A stretch of DNA of 63,437 nt, the filler included, from Octopus bimaculoides (taxonomy: Eukaryota): the NCBI RefSeq assembly GCF_001194135.2. It is 7 parts of 6 records of this genome, joined end to end, with 100 filler letters (N's around TTAATTAATTAA, not from the genome) between each part and the next. Parts side by side here need not be neighbours in the genome. Positions count along the whole stretch, not along the records: positions 27,979 to 59,537 come from NC_068983.1; positions 59,638 to 61,600 come from NC_068981.1; positions 61,701 to 63,437 come from NC_068993.1; 4 more parts are not named here. One strand, given 5' to 3'. This document shows, in pieces, positions 50,729 through 63,178 of the stretch. Numbering within the stretch: position 1 is the first letter of the stretch; each line of letters opens with the position of its first letter. The notes under the pieces were generated by a model, which saw only the letters and a program-made list of their open reading frames with translations, was not told where the DNA came from and made no database searches. Position numbers and translations under genes: made by a program.

Positions 50729-52220
50729 TATATAACTATATTTTCAAATAATTCTATTTTCCTGTTCCCAACAATATACAATCATATACATTAATTTAGT
50801 AATTCTTTCAGCACTACTCCAACAAGTGTAGTGAAAGCTATGCTTAACTGGTGAAACCAAATCTTATCTGGAGTCACTTCCCATACTTGCCAAAATAATG
50901 AAAATGATATTGGCTATTGATTGATTTTTTTTGTTTTTGTTACATAATCTATATAATAACAAGCTTATTCATTTGCCCATTATACTTTAATTAGTTAGAG
51001 AGGTGGGTGTGAAGTGAGTGAGAGGTAGAGTAGAAGTGTGAGAGGAGGAGTGTGAGTAGAAAAGAAAGAAGTGAGGAAGAAGTAAAGAAGGATGTTTGAT
51101 AACGCCAAATGTGTCACATGGTTAGTTGAAGGGAGAGATGAAGAGCAAGAGAAAAAGACAGTGAAAGAAAAGTGGAAGAGAGAAGTGCTAATGACGTGTT
51201 GTAGGGTGGGGAGAGAAAGGTAAAGAGAAAGAGATGTTTAGGATACAATATTTAGCAGGAGGTGATGTTCTAGTGGTGAGGTAAAAGAAAGGCAGATAGA
51301 GAATGACAGATAGGGGAGGCAGTTACATTAAGAGAGAGAAGGGGTGAGGGAGGGGGAAGGTAGTGTTTGTATTGTTATAATAGAGATACATCAACAGCAA
51401 GAAAAAGTAGATATTAACAAACAGCTGGATTGAACTGATCATGAAATGAATTTTGTTACTGAAAACTATAGTGATGATGATGGTGGTGGTGGTGTTTATA
51501 GTGAAAAGGTTTTTTTTTTCTTTTATTGAACTGAATCTATAATATTATTTGTTTACCTGAGAGAGAGAGAAAGAGGAGCAGATAGTGTTTTATTGAATTA
51601 AATCTACAATATTATTTGTTTACCTGTTTGTTCACACTTTACGCTTTAGTTTGAATAGAAGAGGAGGTGGAGTGAAAGAGAGAAAAAGGAAACATGAGAG
51701 TGAGTGAGAGAGAAGGTAGCCAGACGATGCACTATGCTGTCACTCATGTAGCAAGTGGAAGTGAGAGGTGAAGAGAAAGAGAAAATGTTAAAGACATAAA
51801 GAGGGAAACAACATAGTTAAAAAGTTTGCTGAAGAGGTAGAGAGAAATATAAGGTGCTTAGCAGAGGGAAATTTTTAAATCATATTATTGTGACTGGAAG
51901 TGGAATAACTTAGCAAAATGAAAAAAAATAAAAATGCAAATCATCCTTGATTTTTCAAATAGCTTCTCTTAAAATTTTTCAATCTGTAGACTTTCCACAA
52001 GTCCCACTAATTTCTTATAGTCAGCTTTATAATTTTCATGCATTGAATATGCTAACAGTCATTCATTTGAAATTCACCTTATTAAAATAATTTCCTCAAC
52101 ATAAAATTGTAAGAAACTTATTATACTTATCTGTTAGTGTAGACAGCATACAAATTAATACATTCATATAACAAAACCCAGCAAGGTTCTTTAATCTTCA
52201 TGCATTACATCCTTTCTTAC

Positions 52221-52331
52221 CACAAGATTCCATGAAACATTTGTTAATCTTCCTAATTTTCTAAAATTTTCAAGAGCCATTAAGGAACTGGAATCTTCAT
52301 TGAGCTTTTCAAATCTAGCAAATGATCTACT
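52221..52331 (-). CDS. Candidate internal coding exon (111 nt, phase 0-0), product unknown
   Basis: ccatttcAG|..|GTaaga. Only one frame is open: SRSFARFEKLNEDSSSLMALENFRKLGRLTNVSWNLV. No homology recognised and no partner exons found. Confidence 0.25.
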
Positions 52332-54842
52332 CTGAAATGGTTGGTTCATATAGCATACTCAGTTTTTGACAATGGTAGGTCCCGCATCATTAGATTGCAC
52401 ATAACACTAGTTAATAAAGAAAGTACTAAAGGCAAATCTGACTTTCCTTTTATAATAGAATAATTTACTCTTTTTTTTTTTCTTTTTGGCATTGGGGATT
52501 AGTTCATTTCTAGAATATTTATGAATTTGTTCATGTTAGTAACAAAGAATTTACTGGTAGAATCTAAATAGATTGTAGTAAATGACTTTCACAACATTAA
52601 ATCATAAATTTATATACACTTTTATTTCCAATTTTTCATGATCTTACACAACCTGTATTCAATTTTGTTTTGTACTATTTCAAAACATTTTCTGTCTCTT
52701 TATTCAGTACAAAATCATACTATCTCTATGGGTACAATGCACAACAACTATCTATAAATTATTATTTCATAGGTATTTTATTGAGATTCCATTCTACTCA
52801 TCACAATTAATTAATCTAGAAAACAAATATCAGAACTTTCTGAGAAATTCAATTATTATAGACAAGCATTCTATCCAGTGTTAAATGCTGGCCCTATGGT
52901 CTAAAAACAAATTGACACTATTGATTATTCAGAAAAAATCTAGTTTGCTTAACTGAACTCTACTCATCACTTGCTATTGAAATTATCTTTCTATATATGG
53001 TTTTCTTAGTATTTTAAAAATAATTCTAATTTGATGAGATTATTTTTAATTCAGTTACAATTTCCCTGAAATTCTTATAATTTTACTGTTTTATGTTTTT
53101 ACTCAAAACTGAGAAATTTATAGATCTCATTCTGATCAGTATTAAATCAGTTCATTTTTCCAGTGAGTTCTTCTACACACTAATTTTCTCTTTTCATTAG
53201 CAATTTCAGTGCACTTTTTGACATGATAGCATGCTTATGTATCATGGCTAGCAAGCACAATGGTGTCATTAGTAACGTTCAGTTGAGATGAAATTCCTTG
53301 ATGCATTTTAAAATAATCAATGAATAGATTGTAGATTCTAGTGACACTTCTATCACCAAAGGTTTCGTCTTATAACTAGTCATGTCTTTAAGCAGTATTT
53401 TGATTGATTCCTTACTCAAACAAACTCCATCTGAAGAATATTTATCTCCATGAAGAAATCCTATGAGATTAGAATCCAGTAACTTACTTATTTCTGCCAG
53501 CAAATACTTCAGATATTCACATTTATTATCAAATTATACAAATAAGCAACGATATCTATCCCTTCTGTTATACATATCCAATTATATAAGTTTCTTACTT
53601 TGTAATGTATTTATCTATAAATAGTTTGTTTATAAGCACAGATTTATCTACACCTACTAGATTCCAATTAGACATACCATTCCATTTAATATTGTTTGTT
53701 AAGCACTAGAACAAGACCTGACCAAAAACAAAATATTGTATAAAGTTGTGTAGCTTAAATGAAGTATTGTGGAATAGTGCAAAAGATGCTTTTTTTTTTT
53801 AGAAAGTTACTGCATACTTGAAATAAAGGAGAGAAAAACAAAAGCAAAACAAAAGCAAAGTTTTACACCTTTTTCTTATATTTCAATATTTTTACTTTAA
53901 AGGTCTTGAAAAAGAGGAAATGAAATTGAGTTTAACAGCTGATCTACATAAATATGGATGGGAGGGGTGTGATAAGTACAGGTTGGTAATGTTATGCAAT
54001 TAGCATTGTACAACTCTTGTCTGTTGTTGATGGTTGGATTAAAATTTTTAATAAGAATGTTGCTTTAATACCCAAATTTCCAATATTCTATTCTGTGACT
54101 TTGATACTAATTGTAATGCCATGGTTATGTCTCTCCAGTAATTTCTTCATGGAAGCAGCATTTCTGTAAATATGTTCTTTAATGAGGATGTGTTGTTTAT
54201 GAATGGTACTGTTGATGTAAAATCTGCTACATTTATGGCATTGTAATATTAGTATCAAGAAATGGAATAAGACATTTGCTTTGGTGCATCAGAGTAATCT
54301 GGGATTTTGTGTTGGGTGCTCTGAATCACTCTGTCATTGTCCTCCATTTTAGGAATCTTTTCTCACTATTTTATTATTTCATTATCATTATTCTTTATTA
54401 TTATTACCAGTCACATGCTATGATCAATATAACACCTGCCCGTTTTTTGGACTTGTGTTTATGATAGAAATAATTAATCAAAATTATCATTTTACATCTG
54501 CTTTCTATACTTGCAAAGATTAGAAGGATCATCATGATCCAAGTCAATTCTTATTCAAAATTACTGCCCTCCTAGATGGATTAGCAGATCATGTACATTT
54601 TATCTTGGTTTCTATGTCTGAGAACCTTCCTTATCACCCTATAGAGTGTACTAGGTGCATTTATTGTGTCAATACTACAAGGTTCTCTCTACCCTACAAT
54701 GTCTCTACTCATTTGTCAATCACTTTACAGAATGTACTAAGTTAATTTCATCATGGTACTAATACTGGTGAGGTTAACTTGTATCTTGTGAAACAAAAGG
54801 GTCTTCACTACTTATTGTGTATTTGTTCGCTTGAGTCAATGA

Positions 54843-55388
54843 CAGCAGCATAGCCAGGTTCTAAAATTACTGGGAGCGAGCACATTAAAAAAAAAGGCAC
54901 TGTGACACATACCAAACAATTTTTAATTAATTTTTCTTATATTACATGAAATATTTAAATAGTTAAATATAGTTAAATAACTGTATTCAACATTCATTAA
55001 TTGTATGCTTCAGTAACAATGTCATTATATATGAAACTTACATGTGCTGATATAGGTGTGATGTGAAAAAGATGAAACTCCATAAGATCATCCAATGTCA
55101 AGAAATTATGACATCAGGGTTTGTTTTGGGTTTTTCAGATGTCAGTGGCCACCAACACATCACAGGAGATTGAGAAGACAGTTCAAAAACACAAGAAGTT
55201 GGTCAAATAAAGTAATGACTCCAGAAAGTTCTTTCAAAGCCATACAATTCACAAAAAAGATTCAACTTTTATTGCACAAGTGAACTAAAGAGTTTTAAAA
55301 ATTGTTAAAAAGGCACCAATTTTGAAAACTGTGCTTGATGGGTGGGGAGTGGTCACTCCCCTTGCTCCCCTAATGGCTTATACCACTG
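54843..55388. mobile_element. Non-autonomous hAT-type element
   Basis: 8-bp TSD GTCAATGA / GTCAATAA (7/8). Ends cagcagcatagcc ... ggcttataccactg. Confidence 0.8.
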
Positions 55389-55656
55389 GTCAATAACCAA
55401 AAAGATGAAAAAAAGAGAGAGCAATAGCAAACCAGGTTGGGTTTTGAAATATGGTGATAGAAACAAAAGTTATTGGAGTGCAAGTGTGATAGAAAGAGAG
55501 AAAGGGTAATAGATAATAACAGAGATGGAGGACAATGGATAGCAATAATAAGTGGCCTGGGAAGAGGGAATAATGACTGGCAATACAAAAAGTGTGATGG
55601 TCCAGTGTTATAAGTTAAAAACATATTTGATGCAATCTCTTATAGATAGGCCTTGT

Positions 55657-55772
55657 GTGATAGGTTGTAGCAGGTTTGAGTGATAGAGTGATAGGTTGTA
55701 GCAGGTTTGAGTGATAGAGTGATAGGTTGTAGCAGGTTTGAGTGATAGAGTGATAGGTTGTAGCAGGTTTGA
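55657..55772. repeat. 31-bp minisatellite, about 3.7 copies
   Basis: gtgatagagtgataggttgtagcaggtttga repeated exactly, with no spacers. Confidence 0.95.
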
Positions 55773-55824
55773 ATATGTGCAGGTTCAATACTCTCTCTTA
55801 TTACAGGGGTAGTATACTTTTTTA

Positions 55825-56214
55825 CTCTAAGCACAAGGCCCGAAATTTTGGGGGAGGGGGCCAGTCAATTAGATCAACGCCAGTACACAACTAGTACTTA
55901 ATTTATCAGCCCTGGAAAGGTGAAAGGCAAAGTTGTGCTCGGCGGAATTTGAACTCAGAATGTAAAGACAGATGAAATACCTATTTCTTTACTGCCTACA
56001 AGGGGCTACACACAGAGGGGAGAAACAAGGACAGACAAACGGATTAAGTCGATTATATCAACCCCAGTGCGTAACTGGTACTTAATTTATCGACCCCGAA
56101 AGGATGAAAGGCAAAGTCGACCTCGGCGGAATTTGAACTCAGAACGCAGTGGCAGACGAAATACCGCTAAGCATTTCGCCCGGTGTGCTAACGTTTCTGC
56201 CAGTTTGCTGCCTT
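55825..56214 (-). mobile_element. Two abutting SINE family B copies (young full copy plus older 5'-truncated copy)
   Basis: 55981-56214 retains CpGs. 55825-55980 is decayed and has a different tail. Confidence 0.85.
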
Positions 56215-56399
56215 GTTACATGAATAGCATAATAGAATGAATAGGAGAGAAGATGAGTGTTAGAGAGATGAAAGGATTGGTTAGGTTCAATGTTGTCTCT
56301 GGTTACAAACATGTTATAGTATAAGTAGGAGAGTCCCACTACTATCCTTTAAGTGGAAGAGTGCTACTACTATCCACAAGTACTACTGCACAGTTAATA

Positions 56400-57010
56400 G
56401 AAGAGAGACTTTGGTAACAGCTTATACTTCTCAGTTTTTATGTCAAAGCATGATCATGTTGTATAGTGGATATAACTGTTGACTCAGTTGTGCCTGTGAG
56501 TATTTTCTTTTTGCAAGGTCAAGGCAAATGATGCAGACACTTTTTTTTTTCATGCTGATTGCAGAGTCTTCAGTTAATGTTAGCCTCTTTTTCTATTATT
56601 TTATTCTTATAGTATTTTTGTCACTAAACTTTAAGCTTGTGCAGCTAAAATCAAACCTCCTGTTTCAGCCTTTAATCCATAGCATTTGTGTCATTGTTGT
56701 CTTACTTCTTTCCAATAGGAGGATCTTAAATACAGTGCTTGCTGTAGACCATTACATATTTTATATCAGACAGGTTATGTATGGTTCAGATTTCTCCTAG
56801 GATACGTTTATGAGTGCATCCAGCTTCTGTGAGACAAATTCCTTGAACAGTCTTTCAGTCTTTCAGAGCCTTCCACACTTAATCTTCATTCCTCATCATC
56901 TCTCTCACTCTTGTAATATCAACTGCCATGAGAGTTTCAACTCCACTGTCTTTATTTTTCCATTGGTATTGCCTCCCTCAATGAGGAGGTTGACTACAAC
57001 ATTTGTTGTT
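56400..57010 (-). mobile_element. Decayed R4/Dong-like LINE (thumb/CCHC region)
   Basis: GLKAETGGLILAAQA*SL..YYKNKI..*RLCNQHE..DLAKRKY, matching the LK.ETEG.I.AAQ.Q.L.T..CRLC..LA..Y..RH motif. Confidence 0.75.
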
Positions 57011-57704
57011 ATTCAAAGGGCATCTGTACCTGGGTGGCATTCCACCCAGATACAGTATACAAAAGGTATTGAAACAAATTTGTAATTTATATGGGGTCAA
57101 TTTATAATTCTATAAATATCGAGGGCTTCTAAAAACCAATATCTAGCAGAATACAAGCATCATGTAACAGTGTCATTGATTTTTTTTTTTGATAAGGTAC
57201 AAGTCCAGTTTTTGTAAAAGATGGGTCATGTTTTTTATTGAAATGACCAACAATATTAATATGATGTTTGTCAGACCATGGAAAGTCATTAGCAGTATAA
57301 CAAGCAGGGACAAGTTAAAACCTAGTTGGGGCCCCTGCGCCCATAGATTTTGAAGTCCCTTACAATTTCTTTGTACATTTGTATGTATGTGTGTGATTTG
57401 TGTGTACATACATATATATTTATATGCATATAAGAAAAACAATGAACTTCATAAGATAGATATTTATCCCTTTGTCATCTCTTTTCTTATTACTGTTCTG
57501 TACTCGACAAATGGTCCATTCAAAAGCATCCATGTATACTGAGTTCTACAGCAGGTTATTAAGCTATTAGCATTGCTATGCCAAGCAAATTTATATATAN
57601 NNNNNNNNNNNNNNNNNNNNNNNNNNNNNNNNNNNNNNNNNNNNNNNNNNNNNNNNNNNNNNNNNNNNNNNNNNNNNNNNNNNNNNNNNNNNNNNNNNNA
57701 ATGA

Positions 57705-57885
57705 CTGGAAGGGAAAGGGTACGACGGACTTCTTTCAGTTTCCATCTACCAAATCTATTCACAAGGTTTTGGTCAGCCTGAAGCTATAGTAGAAGACACT
57801 TGCTTGCCCAAGGTGCCACACAGTGGGACTGAACCCAGAACCATGTGGTTGGGAACCAAGATTCTTACTACAAAGCCACTTCTGT
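57705..57885 (-). mobile_element. SINE family A head
   Basis: cgacggacttctttcagtttcc..gcccaaggtgccacacagtgggactgaaccc. Confidence 0.85.
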
Positions 57886-57892
57886 ACCTATC

Positions 57893-58105
57893 GAGCTGGC
57901 AGAATCGTTAGCATGCCGGGCGAAATGCTTAGCGGTATTTCGTCTGCCGTTGCGTTCTGAGTTCAAATTCCGCCGAGGTCTACTTTGCCTTTCATCCTTT
58001 CGGGGTCGATTAAAAAAGTACCAGTTACGCACTAGGGTCGATGTCATCGACTTAATCCCTTTGTTTGTCCCTTCTATATTTAGCCCCTTGTGGGCAATAA
58101 AGAAA
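57893..58105 (+). mobile_element. SINE family B, young
   Basis: gagctggcagaatcgttagcatgccgggcg..ccccttgtgggcaataaagaaata. CpGs intact. Confidence 0.9.
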
Positions 58106-58121
58106 TATATATATATATAAG

Positions 58122-58693
58122 CAAGGGCCCGGGAACAGGGGGTGCAGCGGGTGCACCTCCACCCCCTAGAATTTTCAGGAGGTGCAAGATCAAAATTTGC
58201 ACCCCCTACATAATCTTACCAGTTTCAGAAAAAAAGTGTCTAAAATCTATCGGTATAAAATGTTTATTTCGATTTCGTTTCAAAACAAAGAAAAAATAAA
58301 TAAATAAATAAATAAAAGTGATGAAGCTGGCATAAAATTCCCTAGGGAGTTTAGGACCACTAATTTCTGAAGGAAAGTAGCGTCAAAATACAAAAACATA
58401 AGTGACAATAAGAACAGTAGCAGCAGCAATAACAACAACAAAACCAGCATGTATAGTTAATTTTGAATATATAGCATTACTTGAATTATTGAAGACAGCT
58501 CCCACCCAGTTTCTGTCTGTCAATACTTCTCTCCATCTTTCAGAACCACTCCCAAATTCTTTGTAATTGGTGTTGCTAAAGACGTAAAGCATGGTTGAAT
58601 GGATTCGACCGTTTGACCCCAGTCTAAAAATAAAGCCCCTTCAAAATTCTTTCAGTACAAAACGACCATTCAATACCATTTGCTGCTTGACCA
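58122..58693 (-). repeat. Inverted repeat copy B (partner 27979-28526)
   Basis: Starts caagggcccgggaacagggggtgcagcgggtgc. Carries a 15-bp extra segment (aattagtggtcctaa on the minus strand) relative to copy A. Confidence 0.9.
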
Positions 58694-59217
58694 CTGCCTG
58701 GGTAAGTGCTTTGTTTTTCTTGAGTCTTGATTCACCTTTTCATTAAATCTTTACTTTCCTTAGGAAATAGTTTCCTTTTAGCGTTACTACTAACAAATCG
58801 TATCTTAAAGACGTAGTTTAGGCAGAATACCTTATATATTGACGACTTTCATTTTTTATCTTGCCTTAATTCTGTCATATTATTAATCAAAAGTCTTCCT
58901 GCGTATATATAAAATGGTATCTGCGTTATGTGTTTCCGATACTGTCCTGCTTTTTCGTTTTATATAGAAAACGTTGATTTAATTAGTTTGATAAGTGCCT
59001 CTGCACGAAACTCTCGAACCTTCAGTCACTATGTAACTTTCTCCGATCAATAAATCTATACTTATTGAGACTGACTCAACATAAGTTCTATTTTTCATGT
59101 TTGAACCACTACGCCTCTGATTAAAACCCAATAATGTTTGAAAATCGATTAAGGTTGTTCATCTTTTTTTGAATCTACGGAGAAATGGCTAAATTTGCCC
59201 TCTTTATAAATACACGT

Positions 59218-59303
<86 letters not shown>

Positions 59304-59340
59304 ACGATAATTGGCTCGGGATTCTCCCCAATGACTTTAC

Positions 59341-59424
59341 TAAGGTCACTCGGGGCCCCAATTCGCCGTGAAACCATTTGGTACCTGGTATCGTTACGAG
59401 GTCTATATTTACCCACTTCTCTAC
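59341..59424 (-). CDS. Candidate exon (84 nt), product unknown
   Basis: cttactttacAG|GTAGAG..CCTTA|GTaaag. Two frames are open (VEKWVNIDLVTIPGTKWFHGELGPRVTL or REVGKYRPRNDTRYQMVSRRIGAPSDL). GC/CpG-rich unique island between microsatellites. Confidence 0.2.
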
Positions 59425-59472
59425 CTGTAAAGTAAGCTCTCCTCCAGTTATATGGTTTTACCGTATATTATC

Positions 59473-59513
<41 letters not shown>

Positions 59514-60267
59514 GTGAGAGAGAGAGAGAGAGAGGTANNNNNNNNNNNNNNNNNNNNNNNNNNNNNNNNNNNNNNNNNNNNTTAATTAATTAANNNNNNN
59601 NNNNNNNNNNNNNNNNNNNNNNNNNNNNNNNNNNNNNTTTATGTATATATTTATGTATATATTTATATATGTATATATTTATGTATAGAGTTATATATGT
59701 ATATATGTATGTATATATCTATATATATATGTATATATTTATGTATATATGTATATATTCATGTGTGCATGTATATGTATGTATGTATATGTATATGTAT
59801 GTATTTGTATATGTATGTATATGTATATGTATGTGTATGTATGTATATGTATATGTATGTATATGTATATGTATGTATATGTATATGTATGTTTATGTAT
59901 ATGTATGTATGTATATATATATATATGTATATATATTACATATATTACATATGAGCAATATACAGGGAAGGCTTTACCAGTGAGAAAGTCATTACTGATG
60001 GATATAAAAGTGTGTATGTACAAAATGGCAATTATATTTATTAGTAGAAAAAGTAGAAAAAAATACATGCATCTACACACATTCGGACGCGCTAAAAAGA
60101 CGTACGCTGTTACACACCTACACATACAATGCAGAGATACACACAGACGCGCGTACGTATGTCTACCTACCTACCTACCTACCTACCTACCTACCTAAAA
60201 AATTATATTTAATAACTAAATTATAAGTATTTTAAAATAGGGAGTTACGTTTCAATCACCCTGTACG

Positions 60268-60320
<53 letters not shown>

Positions 60321-60321
60321 G

Positions 60322-60376
<55 letters not shown>

Positions 60377-60529
60377 GTCTGTCTGTCTATCTNNNNNNNN
60401 NNTATCTGTCTGTCTATCTATCTATCTATCTATCTATCTGTCTATCTATCTATCTGTCTATCTATCTATCTATCTATCTATCTGTCTGTCTGTCTATATA
60501 TATATATATATATCGATTTACCTTTCAAT

Positions 60530-60675
60530 TTATGTCTTCCAATTCCCCTCCAAGGCTTTGCTCGGTCCCGAGGCTATAGTAGAAGACAAATGCATGAGGT
60601 GCCATCAGTAGGACTGAACATACAACCACGTGGTTAAGAAATAAAGTTCTTACGAAACTGTCACGCCTACGCCTA
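60530..60675 (-). mobile_element. SINE family A head
   Basis: caaggctttgctcggtcccgaggctatagtagaagac..ggactgaac..cacgcctacgcctat. Confidence 0.8.
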
Positions 60676-62033
60676 TATTTGTTTTTGAAGCATGCAAAGC
60701 TTTCTCCGATAGCTAGACAGAACACCATGTAATTCCCTGCAACAACAAGACAAGAAGCATAGGTGGAGTTGTATTAAATTTCTTAATAGATGCAAGACGC
60801 TCTACATCGCATGTTTAGTTATGAGTTTTAATCTCTCTTATACCGATTTAATTAATATACTTTTCTCATAAAAGCTCGTCTTATTGAGATTTAATACGAA
60901 ACAAAGAAAACAGTATGATAAGAATGCCAAACGGTCTCTGAACGAGATAGATTTGTCTTCAAGGAACGGTATGAAGCGTCTTATTTTATGTATACTTGTA
61001 TTTATGTAAGAAGTTGTTTATGCACACAAATACATTATATTGTTCATTTAATGTAATCCATTGTTATACAGACTGCTTTCAGCAATCGGAACAGTTCAAT
61101 AATCTTGGATTTTATTCGTGGCATAGAATCAAGTTAGTCCTTGAATGCACTTACATATTTACTGCAAGAATTCAGTGTTTATTTTGAATCAACTCTGCAT
61201 CCTTACATACAATGAATGATATATATCTCTCGTCGTGCGCCTTGCGGCAGTTTGCCTATCTATGCGCTTTCGCTTAGGTCATGTTGTTGTTGTTGTTGCT
61301 GTTTTTGTTTTCGTTTTTGTTTTTGCTTTTAGTTGTTATTTTTACGTTCTTCGCGATTTAGTGGAAGCGATTATAACATTAATGTAAGCGTTACATTAGT
61401 AAAAAAACGACAATGATAATCACTGTTTTATATAGAATTAAAAATAATAGTTTTATGTAAATACCATCATCATCATCATCATCATCACCATCCTCAACCT
61501 CATTATGATCCTCATCATCACCATCACCGTTCTCTTCCTTCCTCCTCCTCCTCTTTCTCCTCCTCCTCCTCTTTCTCCTCCTCTTTCTCCTCCTCTTTCT
61601 NNNNNNNNNNNNNNNNNNNNNNNNNNNNNNNNNNNNNNNNNNNNTTAATTAATTAANNNNNNNNNNNNNNNNNNNNNNNNNNNNNNNNNNNNNNNNNNNN
61701 CGTTGAAATGGTTCTTCCCACGAACACAAATTAAATCATTTTCGTGGAGGATAGTGGCGGACGGAAAACAAGACAGGAAAACGAAACGGTGAATAAACAA
61801 ACAAGCAAAAGGCTGTACAGCCAGACGTGAAGTGTGTATGTATTGAACGCTGTGAAGCACGTACAGGAGGGGCAAAGAAGTACGTGCGAGCTTGGTGATT
61901 CCAAGAACGAAAAGAAATAGCAGCCGGACACACGTGACCAAGGCTGTGTGAAGAGAAAGAGTAGAAGAGGGGAAAGAAGGGGAGGAAGTAGAATAAAAGT
62001 GAGCAACGAGAGGTAGAGAGAGAGAGAGAGATA

Positions 62034-62260
62034 CATAAATATACATATTATTTTTTCTCGTCAGTTGTTTGCCCCTGTATCGAGAGTATTTCCTCACTGG
62101 TGGCTGGAGTTGATTTCGGCGCAAAACGAATCAGTTGCAGCGCAGACTTCAATACAATGGGTTGGCATCTCTATCAGGGTAACGCGCGCTGAAGAAGCTA
62201 AAGCGATTTTTTGCCAGTGCAGAAACCCGTCCACGCGAGTCCATATGCTTAAATGTACGT
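62034..62260 (+). promoter_or_regulatory. Candidate core promoter and first exon of a gene continuing past the window
   Basis: GA-rich upstream region with CACGTG, CATAAATA at 62034, TCAGTT at 62061, CpG-rich leader, ATG at 62245 and donor GTACGT at 62255. Confidence 0.35.
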
Positions 62261-63096
62261 TAGGAGATTTTATTAACCTGATCTGCTTTCGGTGGATTTC
62301 TGTAGTTATCATCAGTGTAATTTTGGCGTTTTAAATAAGAGTTTTGACTGTTATTTCCAGCAGGTAGACATGATTTCCATAGGGTTACGACCGCTTCTCA
62401 ACCTTCTTAGGATGGTTTTAATTCCAGCATGGAAGAAATTATGCTTACATGTTTACATTGATATGCATGCTCAGAATTATAGTACAATTGTATATTCACA
62501 AATTAATGCAAATATAAAAAAAAAACTAGTTATCAGATTACCGGATCAACATGGTTACCTCAACAATTCAACTCTAAATATACACACACAGTTTCCCCTC
62601 TTTTTATTACTAAGTGGAGTAATATCCAAGTCCGTGAGAGAAGCTTTCTGCAATAGCTGCACGATTCTCTGAATCCACATGTTATATTACACACACACAC
62701 AGATATATATACATACATATATACATAAATGTATGGATGTAATTTCGCAAACATGGATAAATACGTAGGGGTATACGCGTGTACATATGCATGCAAATAA
62801 CAACTACAACGGAGAAAATGACATTTTATCACCCAAAAACATAAAATGTGCATTATCTTAACATTTCCTTAATTTCTTAATAATGCAGTTGAGAAGAGAT
62901 TACTCAATAAATAAATAAATGAATTGATAAATAAATAAAAGGTAGATTCAAGTGGTTAAATGAATTTTCGTGTCACGCACATGTATATGTTTTGAAATAC
63001 ATATATGTTTATATGTGTGTCTGTTTGTTCTTGTATGTACAGATTGGTCAAATTGATGTGTACATGTCTATGTGTATGTATGTATGTATGTAAAAT

Positions 63097-63178
<82 letters not shown>

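Noticed and set aside
53279-53540. ~84-codon minus-strand frame (LAEISKLLDSN..KEFHLN)
   Set aside because: No coherent splice sites or homology. The length is within chance expectation.
55657-55772. Regular 31-bp repeats, CRISPR-like in length
   Set aside because: Head-to-tail identical units without spacers in a eukaryotic context, so a minisatellite.
58786-58797. ACTACT as a Polinton/Maverick right terminus closing the 28-58 kb inverted repeats
   Set aside because: A 6-mer is weak evidence, the left end and TSD are hidden in a gap, and I found no pPolB, integrase, ATPase or capsid remnants inside.
59963-60263. TA|caggg ... ccctg|TA as a MITE
   Set aside because: Only about 5 bp of terminal match, and the interior is microsatellite.
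62292-62672. 126-aa ORF, the longest non-repeat ORF
   Set aside because: Non-ATG start, no domain, AT-rich, and it lies downstream of a candidate donor. About one such frame is expected by chance.
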